Positions 1 through 8,255 of a stretch of 55,929 nucleotides of DNA are shown piece by piece. Source of the DNA: a virus. Its lineage: Duplodnaviria > Caudoviricetes. Both the position numbers and the translations under genes were made by a program. Position 1 is the stretch's first letter. The number at the start of each line of letters is the position of its first letter. The stretch is taken from positions 1-55,929 of the IMG/VR virus record IMGVR_UViG_3300050119_000489. One strand, given 5' to 3'. Under the pieces are notes generated by a model. The model worked only from the letters and a program-made list of their open reading frames with translations, was not told where the DNA came from and searched no databases.

Positions 1-252
1 GAAAAGGTCTACTCGGACGCTTTCGAGGTCGGCGTCGGTGAGGTTGGCGCCGGTGAGGTCGGCGTAGGTGAGGTGGGCGCGGGTGAGGTCGGCGTCGGTG
101 AGGTCGGCGCCGGTGAGGTTGGCGCGGGTGCTAACAGCCCACCGAACCGCCAAGCCGAGTTTGATTGAGGTCGGTGCGTCTTCTGCGCAATCGATCTTCG
201 CCGTAAATTTAACCGCGCCGGTCCACCAATTTAGAACGCTGAAGTTGATCAT
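1..252 (-). CDS. Pentapeptide-repeat protein (3' end runs off the window)
   Basis: Not in ORF track. ATG at 252 with GGGGA upstream; reads MINFSVLNWWTGAVKFTAKIDC...ANLTG ADLTD ADLTR AHLTY ADLTG ANLTD ADLES, open to base 1. Confidence 0.9.
   Translation of the reverse strand, partial: MINFSVLNWWTGAVKFTAKIDCAEDAPTSIKLGLAVRWAVSTRANLTGADLTDADLTRAHLTYADLTGANLTDADLESVRVDLF
25..129. repeat. About 7 x 15-bp tandem repeat encoding the A(D/N)LTx pentapeptides
   Basis: GGTGAGGTCGGCGnn-type units read directly. Confidence 0.9.
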
Positions 253-285
253 GTCTTATCCCCGCTCGGTAATGAGCATGGGAAC

Positions 286-338
286 GTATTACCACGAAGG
301 TAAGACGAAAGGCAAGCGAAAAGTTGCCATGGCGGTAA
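286..338 (-). promoter_or_regulatory. Leftward early promoter (PL-like) with two operators
   Basis: TTACC-ACGAA-GGTAA (289-303) and TTGCC-ATGGC-GGTAA (324-338); minus strand TTGCCT-16nt-GGTAAT. Confidence 0.75.
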
Positions 339-410
339 GTTACCGCTAAGAGTCGGGCAGACTTACCTATTCTTGATGGTTAGTGGATGGGTTTCGCGAT
401 TCTGCCTGCG

Positions 411-722
411 CTACGCGCGTCTTTTCAGGATGTCTTCAATCGCGCCGATTATTTCTGAATCGTCGGCAGGTGCGCCATCCGGCTTCGGGGCAGGCGGTGG
501 CCGCTCCACTATGTCGCCAACCGTGCAGTTAAGCGCATCGGCCGCAGCCTTGAGAAAGCCTAGCGTCGGGTCCCGCTGAAGGTTCTCGTTCCTCGAAATG
601 GTCGCTTCTGTCGTTTCTAGGCGCTCAGCTAACTGGAGCTGCGTCAGGCCGCGATGTTTCCTCCACTCCGCAAGAAAGATGCGCCGTGGCTTCAGTTTCT
701 TTGGACCAATTCGCGTAACCAT
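411..722 (-). CDS. CI-like XRE helix-turn-helix repressor (no S24 peptidase domain)
   Basis: LAEWRKHRGLTQLQLAERLETTEATISRNEN HTH; divergent from cro-like gene. Confidence 0.9.
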   Translation of the reverse strand: MVTRIGPKKLKPRRIFLAEWRKHRGLTQLQLAERLETTEATISRNENLQRDPTLGFLKAAADALNCTVGDIVERPPPAPKPDGAPADDSEIIGAIEDILKRRA

Positions 723-728
723 CCAAGG

Positions 729-810
729 AGCTTAACCTAATTGGTAAGGCTGCGGATTGGCCTCAATGGTAAGTTGAGGCTTGACGAGCGTATTACCTTC
801 ATGGTAATTC
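729..810. promoter_or_regulatory. OR-like switch: three operators, PR and leaderless PRM
   Basis: Operators 733-747, 758-772, 793-807 (TTACC-N5-GGTAA consensus); TTGACG 781-786 with GGTAAT 803-808; minus-strand TAAGCT 6 nt before the cI ATG. Confidence 0.8.
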
Positions 811-819
811 ATTGGCCCA

Positions 820-1050
820 ATGGAACATCCTCTGCGCGCCTATAGGGCTGAAAAACAGCTTTCTCTTAAGGACCTCGCCGGCCTCCTCGACGTGACGGAG
901 GCTCAGGTAAGCCGGATTGAATTGGAAAAGCGACCCGTGACTGCCGAGATGGCGGTCAAGATCGAGGAGAAAACAGGCGGCGCGGTTCCTCGTCAGGTGC
1001 TCCGGCCCGACCTTTGGCCGAACATCGAGCCTTCGGTGGCCGCGCAATGA
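820..1050 (+). CDS. Cro/YdaS-like HTH regulator
   Basis: HTH plus C-terminal IEEKTGGAV...LRPDLW typical of Cro/YdaS; position opposite cI. Confidence 0.9.
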   Translation: MEHPLRAYRAEKQLSLKDLAGLLDVTEAQVSRIELEKRPVTAEMAVKIEEKTGGAVPRQVLRPDLWPNIEPSVAAQ

Positions 1051-1178
1051 GTCGCCCAGCCATACCGATTGAAATCGATCTTGAGGCCGACACCACTTTC
1101 GTGGCGCGCAGCGCGATCAGCTTGGCGTTCACCACCGTCGAAGCGCTGATGCGGCGGCGACCGCGGAGGGCCGGCTGA
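1047..1178 (+). CDS. Small hypothetical protein (43 aa)
   Basis: ATGA overlap with cro and TGATG overlap with the next ORF. Confidence 0.5.
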   Translation: MSRPAIPIEIDLEADTTFVARSAISLAFTTVEALMRRRPRRAG

Positions 1179-1321
1179 TGTCCTTCGCGCATCTTCATCC
1201 ATGGATTGCGGCCGGAATTCTTTATCTCAGCATCAGTGTGTTTTTCGTTTTGTATCGGCTGACGAGACTCGATTCACGGCCGCGTTGGTTTGTGGAACGG
1301 GCGAGGCGACCAATGCACTGA
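1178..1321 (+). CDS. Small single-TM protein (47 aa)
   Basis: GGAGGG RBS; WIAAGILYLSISVFFVLY hydrophobic stretch. Confidence 0.55.
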   Translation: MSFAHLHPWIAAGILYLSISVFFVLYRLTRLDSRPRWFVERARRPMH

Positions 1322-1486
1322 CTGTTGAGGTCGCCCCGCCGCCTTCTCCCGGCCCGGGGCGGGCGCACGGGATGAAGTGAAACTGTTTGCGCGGCTTGCA
1401 GGCCGCGTGGTGTGAAGTCGAGTTGAGTACGAGTCCTTTTGTTCGCGTCTTCCATGCCGGTGAGTACAGCATGGAGGGCTCGTATT

Positions 1487-1864
1487 TTGCGTAACAAGTT
1501 TTTGCGGAAATCTACAGAAATGGACGGCGCGAGTTTAGTCGGCCAGGTGCGTAGGAAGCTTCACGCTCTCATCTCCGATGAAAGCCGCGGCTGGGGTGAC
1601 GCAAGCAATGCGCTGCGGCGTATTGCTTCACGCGAGTCAATCCCGGTCTCGTATCTCTGGCGCATTCTCTACAGATGGCGAGAACTGAAGGACGTTCGGA
1701 GTTCGGTGCTTTTGAAGGTGAGCCTCGCGCACGGGGCGATGTGCGAACGGCAGTTGCGGAAATATCGAGATGAGCGGGAAGAAACTCAGGCGGCGGGTTG
1801 GATTACTGAGGCTCTGGTTAGCGCGGCTGAGTCTTTGGCTGGCCAGGATGACCAAGAAAATTGA
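1487..1864 (+). CDS. Hypothetical protein in the CII position, possible HTH
   Basis: GGAGGG RBS before TTG 1487; helical ALRRIASRESIPVSYLWRILY segment. Confidence 0.6.
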   Translation: MRNKFLRKSTEMDGASLVGQVRRKLHALISDESRGWGDASNALRRIASRESIPVSYLWRILYRWRELKDVRSSVLLKVSLAHGAMCERQLRKYRDEREETQAAGWITEALVSAAESLAGQDDQEN

Positions 1865-1875
1865 AAGGGCGGGCC

Positions 1876-2355
1876 ATGTCGACAGATGACGCAGAGCGCG
1901 TAATTTCGCAGAAAGACTTGGTCTCGCTCGTCAAGGACGCCAACCTCAAACGAACGCGCATGCAGAGCATCTCCGGCGAATTAGGGGAGCGCGTCAAAAC
2001 CTTTATCGAAACCAAGCACCTCAACCGCGCCGCGTACACCGCCGTCGCGAAGCTCTGCCGCATGGACGATGAAGACAAGCGCAACGACTTCCTACGCAGC
2101 TTCGAGCTTTATCTCGATTACTGTCGCAAGGACGGCCTCCTCGGAAGCGAACACGCCGGCGACTTGGTCGACCAGGCGAACGGCGAAGATGACGCCGCGG
2201 CCGCGCAGGTCGCGCAAAACACCGCGCGCTTAGAGAGCGGCATCAAGGCCATCGATCCGACATTCGAAGACGATGCGGAGTCGGATGCACCGTCTCGGCG
2301 CAATCAGCCTGCGAATGACGACGCCGAAGCCAAGGGCACTTACCGCGAACACTGA
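1876..2355 (+). CDS. GapR/DUF2312-like DNA-binding protein with acidic tail
   Basis: Helical pattern ending KLCRMDDEDKRNDFLRSFELYLD resembles the GapR C-terminal RK.D...R.E...L.LY pattern. Confidence 0.55.
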   Translation: MSTDDAERVISQKDLVSLVKDANLKRTRMQSISGELGERVKTFIETKHLNRAAYTAVAKLCRMDDEDKRNDFLRSFELYLDYCRKDGLLGSEHAGDLVDQANGEDDAAAAQVAQNTARLESGIKAIDPTFEDDAESDAPSRRNQPANDDAEAKGTYREH

Positions 2356-2373
2356 GGGCATTGGGGCAGGGGA

Positions 2374-2922
2374 ATGCTTATACTCGCTCTTGATTTGGCG
2401 GTTACGACCGGCTTTGCGTATGGCGAAAGCGGGACCATCCCGCGCTCGGGCGTCATCAGGCTGAAGAAGCCCGCAGATGGTCCGGAGATCGCCGCCTTCA
2501 ATGCCGTTTGCTGGATACGCGACAATATTAAGCGTGGCGAGATCATGCCCGACCTTGTCGCCGTCGAGGCCTATGTGCAGCCGGCCGCGCACAAGAGCTC
2601 TGACTCGATCATCCTTCAATACATGCTCCACGGCGCCGTGCAGGCATTCTGTCGCTGCCACGCCATCAGGATCGAGTCAGTCAGCGCCCAAACGGTGCGG
2701 AAGCATTTCTGCGGCCGAGCACATGCCGGCGAGCGAGCACAAACGAAATTGATGGTCGTAAGACGTGCCCAGCTTTTGAAATACCTCCCGAAGGATTGCT
2801 TTGACGATAATCGCGGCGACGCCTGCGCACTGTTCGATTGGGCAGCGGCAAAGATAGCGCACGTTCCGCCTCGCGAATTGGTCATGTTTAACGAAGCGCG
2901 TTCGGATGGAGTAGCCGCATGA
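2374..2922 (+). CDS. RuvC-like Holliday junction resolvase
   Basis: ILALDLAVTTGFA, VAVE and DNRGDACAL acidic RNase H-fold motifs. Confidence 0.85.
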   Translation: MLILALDLAVTTGFAYGESGTIPRSGVIRLKKPADGPEIAAFNAVCWIRDNIKRGEIMPDLVAVEAYVQPAAHKSSDSIILQYMLHGAVQAFCRCHAIRIESVSAQTVRKHFCGRAHAGERAQTKLMVVRRAQLLKYLPKDCFDDNRGDACALFDWAAAKIAHVPPRELVMFNEARSDGVAA

Positions 2923-3557
2923 GCAATGTAGCTTTTGATTATTCGCGTGTGTCGGCCGACCGTTCTCACATCGAGCGCCGGGCGCGCATGGCGGCGATGG
3001 CTGTGCCAGATGACGGCATTCTAACCGACCATGAGCAGCGCGCGCTCCAGCGAGCGAAGTGCGAGGCGGAAGATGCAGCGAAGAGAAAAGAAATAGAAGC
3101 CGATAAAGAGCGGCAACTGCTCGAAGCGATAGCGCGCTGCAAGCTCGACGAAGAACGGATCGTGGCATCGTTTCGATATTATCACCCCACGCTCGCTGTC
3201 GAGGCCAGGAGGTGTGGACTCTCCGTCAAACTGATCCAGGTCGCGACGGCGGATTACTACAAGATGAGCGTAGGGGATTTGCTTGCGCCGCGCCGGTTCG
3301 CCCATCTAATACGCAAGCGCCAGGTTGCCATATATCTGGCAAAGACGCTGAAGCCGCGCTCTTTGCCTGAAGTGGCAAGACGTTTCAGCAAGGATCACAC
3401 GACGATACTATGGGCCGTCCGCAAGATCGGTGCGCTGCGCTTAACGGATCCCGCGCTCAACGAGACAATCACGCAAATCGAGGCATCGATCGCGGCGGCG
3501 ATGGCTGCGGCTGCTCCCGCCGCTGCATGTGCGCCTGTTGCTATGTGTGGGGAGTAG
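2919..3557 (+). CDS. Protein with DnaA C-terminal (domain IV) HTH
   Basis: RQVAIYLAKTL..RSLPEVARRFSKDHTTILWAVRKI signature; no AAA+ domain. Confidence 0.9.
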   Translation: MSNVAFDYSRVSADRSHIERRARMAAMAVPDDGILTDHEQRALQRAKCEAEDAAKRKEIEADKERQLLEAIARCKLDEERIVASFRYYHPTLAVEARRCGLSVKLIQVATADYYKMSVGDLLAPRRFAHLIRKRQVAIYLAKTLKPRSLPEVARRFSKDHTTILWAVRKIGALRLTDPALNETITQIEASIAAAMAAAAPAAACAPVAMCGE

Positions 3558-3563
3558 GCCGGC

Positions 3564-4976
3564 ATGAGCATGGCTTGCGAATACGCCGATTTCATTAATC
3601 GCAAATCGCAGATTGAGGCGAAGGATGGCTTTGCGCCAAATTTCCTGCCGCGCGCACTGTTCGATTTTCAGGAACATCTTTGTGAGTGGGCGGTGCGAAA
3701 AGGGCGCACGGCGATCTTTGCGGATTGCGGCATGGGGAAAACACTCATGCAGCTCGCTTGGGCTGAAAATGTTGTACGCGAGACCAACAGGCCGGTGCTG
3801 ATAGCGACGCCCCTCGCCGTAGCGCAACAGACCGCGAGAGAAGCCCTAAAGTTCGACATCGAAGCGCATGTATCCTTGGATGGGAAAGTTCGACCTGGGA
3901 TCAATATCGCCAATTATGAGCGCCTTCATTATTTCGATGCCAGCGACTTCGCGGGAATGGTTTGCGATGAAAGCGCGATCCTAAAATCCTTCGACGGCGT
4001 GCGGCGACAAGAGATCACAGATTTCATGCGCAAGATGCGCTACAGACTGCTTTGCATGGCGACGCCATCACCCAACGAATACATTGAACTTGGGACGAGC
4101 TCAGAGGCCCTCGGCTATCTCGGCTATATGGATATGCTGTCAAGGTTTTTCAAAAACAATCAGGGCAATAGCATCAAGCCATTTGTCGCGCGCGATCGCG
4201 GACGAGCCTTTACGCAATTAGATGACAACGCTAAATGGCGCTTCAAGGGCCATGCGGAAGTGCCGTTCTGGAAATGGGTTTGCTCTTGGGCGCGAGCAGT
4301 TCGGAAACCATCAGATATTGGTTTTGATGATGGTCCTTTCGTATTGCCTCCGCTCATCGAGCGCCAGCATTTGGTCGAATCGCGCTCTAATCCAGACGGG
4401 ATGTTATTCGCCCTGCCGGCGTTTGGCTTGCGGGAGCAGCGTGACGAGCGGCGACGCACAATCGAAGAACGGTGCGAACGAGCTGCGGAGCTCGTTGCTG
4501 ACACGGGCGCTGCCGCCATTGCGTGGTGCCACCTGAACGACGAAGGCGACCTTCTAGAAAGCCTTATCTCCGATTGTGTCCAAGTGAGCGGGCGCGACAG
4601 CGAAGAAGCAAAAGAGGAGAAATTCTTAGCCTTCATCGATCAGAAAGCCGGCGCGCGAGTGCTCGTAACGAAGGAAAAGATAGGAGCATGGGGCCTGAAC
4701 TTTCAGCACTGCAATCATTCCGTTTCATTCCCTACGCATAGCTTTGAAGGATACTACCAAAGCGTTCGCCGCTGCTGGCGTTTTGGCCAGAAGAAGCCCG
4801 TGACTGTCGATATTGTCACGACAGAAGGCGAGAAGGATGTCCTCGCCAATTTGCGACGCAAGGCCGAGGCCGCGGACAAAATGTTTGCTGGCCTCGTCGC
4901 TCACATGCGCAGCGAGATTAACGTCAGCAGGTCATTAGAGTTTTGTCAGCCAGAGGAGGTTCCTTCGTGGCTGTAA
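3564..4976 (+). CDS. SF2 (SNF2-like) helicase/ATPase
   Basis: ADCGMGKT Walker A, CDES, GLNFQ and QSVRRCWRFGQ motif VI. Confidence 0.92.
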   Translation: MSMACEYADFINRKSQIEAKDGFAPNFLPRALFDFQEHLCEWAVRKGRTAIFADCGMGKTLMQLAWAENVVRETNRPVLIATPLAVAQQTAREALKFDIEAHVSLDGKVRPGINIANYERLHYFDASDFAGMVCDESAILKSFDGVRRQEITDFMRKMRYRLLCMATPSPNEYIELGTSSEALGYLGYMDMLSRFFKNNQGNSIKPFVARDRGRAFTQLDDNAKWRFKGHAEVPFWKWVCSWARAVRKPSDIGFDDGPFVLPPLIERQHLVESRSNPDGMLFALPAFGLREQRDERRRTIEERCERAAELVADTGAAAIAWCHLNDEGDLLESLISDCVQVSGRDSEEAKEEKFLAFIDQKAGARVLVTKEKIGAWGLNFQHCNHSVSFPTHSFEGYYQSVRRCWRFGQKKPVTVDIVTTEGEKDVLANLRRKAEAADKMFAGLVAHMRSEINVSRSLEFCQPEEVPSWL

Positions 4977-6052
4977 TCGACCAAAAGCTCACGTCACGAT
5001 ACGCGGCCGTTAACGGGGATTGCATTGAGTACATGCAGTCCATGCCGTCTGAAAAGATCCATCTATCGATATATTCGCCGCCATTTGGTGGACTGTTTTG
5101 CTATTCGAGCTCTGATCGAGATCTCTCGAATTGCGGTAGCTATGAGCAATTCTTCGAGCACTACAATTTCGTGGTGAAGGAAATTGCGCGGCTTACTCGC
5201 CCCGGCCGAATGACCGCGGTGCATTGCATGGATGTGCCGTCTGGAAACAGCGGGACGGATCATCTGATTGATTTTCCAGGTGACATTATTCGTCTCCATG
5301 ATAAGCACGGCTTCAAATTTATCGCGCGCTATGCCGTGTGGAAAGAGCCGTTGGCAGTTCGCAATCGCACGATGGCCAAGAACCTTGCGCACCGCTCGCT
5401 CGTCGAAGATTCGTCGCGGTGTAGCGTCGCGTCTGCGGATTATCTGCTTGTCTTCCGCCGTAAGGGGGAAAACAAAATCCCCATCATGCACTCGAACGGT
5501 CTTCTGGAATACGCCGGGGAACGCCCGATTCCTGCTGACCTGTTGAAGTATCGAGGATGGACGGGAAATCAGATTGAGAATCGCTTTTCCCATTGGATCT
5601 GGCGACAATACGCATCGGCGTTTTGGGATGATATCCGGATCGGACGTGTGCTGCCGTTCCGCGGGAGCAGGGACGAGAACGACGAGAAACATGTCCATCC
5701 TCTGCAACTCGACGTCATCGATCGCTGTCTGACGCTTTGGTCAAACCCCGAAGAAACTGTGCTGACGCCCTTTATGGGCGTCGGGTCCGAAGTCTATTCC
5801 GCCCTGCGGCTTGCCCGCAAAGGGGTTGGGATCGAACTGAAGCCCTCTTATTACCAGCAAGCGTTGCGAAATATCGATGCTGTCGGAAGCGCAGATATAG
5901 AACAGCCTGCATTTGACCTTGATCCGCTTGAGCTGGGCACTGCGACGCCTGCCGAGCAAGCAAGCGCTGCGCCTGCATGGGACTCCATGTGGAAGAAGCC
6001 AATCGACCCGCAAAAAATGGCAAGCCTAAAAGCGGGGGAAAGCGGCGAATGA
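4967..6052 (+). CDS. DNA N4-cytosine/N6-adenine methyltransferase (beta class)
   Basis: SPPF catalytic motif, HVHPLQ, TPFMGVGS SAM motif; GTG 4967 after GAGGAGG. Confidence 0.92.
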   Translation: MAVIDQKLTSRYAAVNGDCIEYMQSMPSEKIHLSIYSPPFGGLFCYSSSDRDLSNCGSYEQFFEHYNFVVKEIARLTRPGRMTAVHCMDVPSGNSGTDHLIDFPGDIIRLHDKHGFKFIARYAVWKEPLAVRNRTMAKNLAHRSLVEDSSRCSVASADYLLVFRRKGENKIPIMHSNGLLEYAGERPIPADLLKYRGWTGNQIENRFSHWIWRQYASAFWDDIRIGRVLPFRGSRDENDEKHVHPLQLDVIDRCLTLWSNPEETVLTPFMGVGSEVYSALRLARKGVGIELKPSYYQQALRNIDAVGSADIEQPAFDLDPLELGTATPAEQASAAPAWDSMWKKPIDPQKMASLKAGESGE

Positions 6053-6579
6053 ATTGGTTGCCAGAACATATCGCAATGGCTCGCAAGCTTTCCGCTGAAG
6101 GCTATTCGTGCGCGCAGATCGCCGGCATGCTCGGCATTCCGGGGCTCAGTCGCAGCGCTGTCATAGGCAAGCTCCATCGCTTCGGCGTCAAGCGTGCCAT
6201 GCCGCAGCGGGCGCGGAAGACGAAGCCTGCGGGCGGGCGACGCAAAGCTGTTGCGAAGCCGCTCGTTGCGACACAGCCGCCGAAGAAGCCGCAACGCAAT
6301 GGCAGCTCGTTTCGCTGGGGCAAAGGCAACGAAGACTACACTCCCAAGCCGCCGCGCGTGATGGCCGCAGATCCCGTCATCGCCGGCAAGACCATCATCG
6401 ATCTGGGCTTCGCCGAATGCCGCTTTCCGACGGGCGTGAACGAGGAGGGCACGCAAATCTTCTGCGCAGCCCCGACCGCGACTCCGTCTGAATCCTGGTG
6501 CGCGTGCCACCGCGAGATCGTATGGGCTCCGAGCACTCTGCGGCGGGCGCTGGATCGTAAGCTCGGGGTGCGGGCATGA
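6049..6579 (+). CDS. gcrA: GcrA-family cell-cycle transcriptional regulator
   Basis: MNW...KLSAEGYSCAQIAGML..LSRSAVIGKLHRFG N-terminus and CRFP...FCAAP...WCACH C-terminus. Confidence 0.92.
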   Translation: MNWLPEHIAMARKLSAEGYSCAQIAGMLGIPGLSRSAVIGKLHRFGVKRAMPQRARKTKPAGGRRKAVAKPLVATQPPKKPQRNGSSFRWGKGNEDYTPKPPRVMAADPVIAGKTIIDLGFAECRFPTGVNEEGTQIFCAAPTATPSESWCACHREIVWAPSTLRRALDRKLGVRA

Positions 6580-8255
6580 GCGCGCGGCGGTTCACCGACA
6601 AAGCAAGTCTTGACCCGTCGGCCGTGTGGGAGCTTGCGCCGGTTCACCCGGCGATGATCGAAAACCGCACGCTGTTCCCGTCGACTGTGGTGGACGTCGA
6701 CGACAAGTTCGAGGGTCGCCTTCTCATCTCGGGCAAGAACTCACGCAAGCTCGGCGAGACGATCGAGAAAGGCCGCTTCAAGGGCTACAAGCTCTATTCG
6801 CTGACACTTGAAGAACGAGCGACATGCCCTCTTACATGCGACGCACGGGCTTTTTGCTATGGCGCATCGATGCAATATGCGCGGCGTCATAGGATCATCG
6901 ATCTCGACCTTTTCCATTTCAATATTGAGGACGAGCTGCGCGAATTGTTCCTTGACCCGAAGATCCCCGGCATCATGGTTCGACTGCATGTGCTAGGTGA
7001 CTTTCCAAGCACCGATTATGTCGCGATGTGGAACACGCTTCTTGAGGACCACAAGAAGCTTGCATGCTTCGGCTACACGCATTGCCTGCCGGAACGCCTC
7101 GGCGGCGTCGGCACCACCGGCGAGATCGGCAATTGGATCGAACTGCTCAAGAAAGACTTTCCGACGAGGTTTCGCATTCGCTGGTCCGCGCCGACTTCGC
7201 TCCCGGACGGGGCAGTCATCACCGGCGAGATACCTGACAAGCCGCGCACAAAGGAAGGCCTCGTCTGTCCAGCGCAAACGGATGCTACCGCCTGCTGTGC
7301 TTCGTGCGGGTTCTGCTGGGAGACGGCGAAAGACACTGTTGTCTTTATCAAGCACGGGCGCATCTCAGCCAGCGTGGCGGCTGAAGCCGCAGCAAGCGAC
7401 CCCGCTGCCATGCCTTCCGACGATGGCACGCGGCCAATCGCTCCTTTGAAGCTTCCCGCAAAGCCGACGCCAAGTCCTGCGGCCGGTTCTATTCCCGTGC
7501 TGCGGCTTGTCGCGCCGACCGAACTTCGCGTCGAGCCTCGTTACCAACGCGATCTTTCCGGCAAGTCGATAACTCTCATTCGCAAGATCGTCGCTGATTT
7601 TGACTGGCGGAAGTTCAAACCGCCGATCTGCGCCGAAACGCCGGACGGCCTCTTTGTGATCGACGGCCAGCATACCGCGATTGCAGCGGCGAGCCATCCG
7701 TTCATCAAACAGATCCCGGTCATGATCGTGCAAGCGAACATGATCGAAACACGGGCTGGGGCTTTCGTGGCCCACAACCGAGATCGCATTACAATGTCGC
7801 CGTTTCAAATCCTTCACGCTGAGGCGGCGGCTGGGGGTGCGGAAGCGGTTATTCTCTTGGATATAGTCAAGAGGGCTGGCGCCTTCATTCCCCGATCAAT
7901 GCCGCAAAAGGGCAAAGCGAGGCCGGGCGAAATCATCGCGGTTGAAGCTCTGCGCAGGATCACTAAGGGCAGCGCCGCGCAGCATCTTGAACGGATTGTT
8001 CGCATTGCAGTGATGGCCTCCTGCGCGCCGGCGACGACGACCGTCATTCGTGCGCTCCAGATGATCATGACCGAGGCTTATTTCGCAGAGACCGCAAAGC
8101 TTGGCGACGCGCCGATCGCTGACGCGTTGCATTCGATCAAAGATTTCGAGTTCGAGGCCGCATCCCATGCCGGCGCCGCTCTTATTTCGCGATACCGCGC
8201 CGGCGCCATCTTGATCGCTGAAGCCGCTGCGCAACGAACGGAGTGCGCGGCATGA
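6576..8255 (+). CDS. Fusion: Gp88-like Cys-rich (putative Fe-S) domain plus ParB/DGQH-type domain
   Basis: TCPLTC..FCYG, VRLHVLGDF, FGYT, CPAQ..CCASCGFCW; Pro-rich linker; YQRDL, FVIDGQH, AFVAHN. Confidence 0.75.
   Translation: MSARRFTDKASLDPSAVWELAPVHPAMIENRTLFPSTVVDVDDKFEGRLLISGKNSRKLGETIEKGRFKGYKLYSLTLEERATCPLTCDARAFCYGASMQYARRHRIIDLDLFHFNIEDELRELFLDPKIPGIMVRLHVLGDFPSTDYVAMWNTLLEDHKKLACFGYTHCLPERLGGVGTTGEIGNWIELLKKDFPTRFRIRWSAPTSLPDGAVITGEIPDKPRTKEGLVCPAQTDATACCASCGFCWETAKDTVVFIKHGRISASVAAEAAASDPAAMPSDDGTRPIAPLKLPAKPTPSPAAGSIPVLRLVAPTELRVEPRYQRDLSGKSITLIRKIVADFDWRKFKPPICAETPDGLFVIDGQHTAIAAASHPFIKQIPVMIVQANMIETRAGAFVAHNRDRITMSPFQILHAEAAAGGAEAVILLDIVKRAGAFIPRSMPQKGKARPGEIIAVEALRRITKGSAAQHLERIVRIAVMASCAPATTTVIRALQMIMTEAYFAETAKLGDAPIADALHSIKDFEFEAASHAGAALISRYRAGAILIAEAAAQRTECAA

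Noticed and set aside
25-129. Possible CRISPR-like repeat
   Set aside because: Contiguous 15-bp coding units with no spacers and no cas genes
68-349. Plus-strand 93-aa ORF
   Set aside because: Antisense shadow of the pentapeptide gene and runs through the operators
1322-1486. tRNA or att site in the GC-rich intergenic stretch
   Set aside because: No cloverleaf, T-loop or CCA, and no matching repeat noticed elsewhere
3564-6052. Type III restriction-modification system
   Set aside because: Helicase has no PD-(D/E)XK nuclease domain and resembles the common phage helicase-methyltransferase pair
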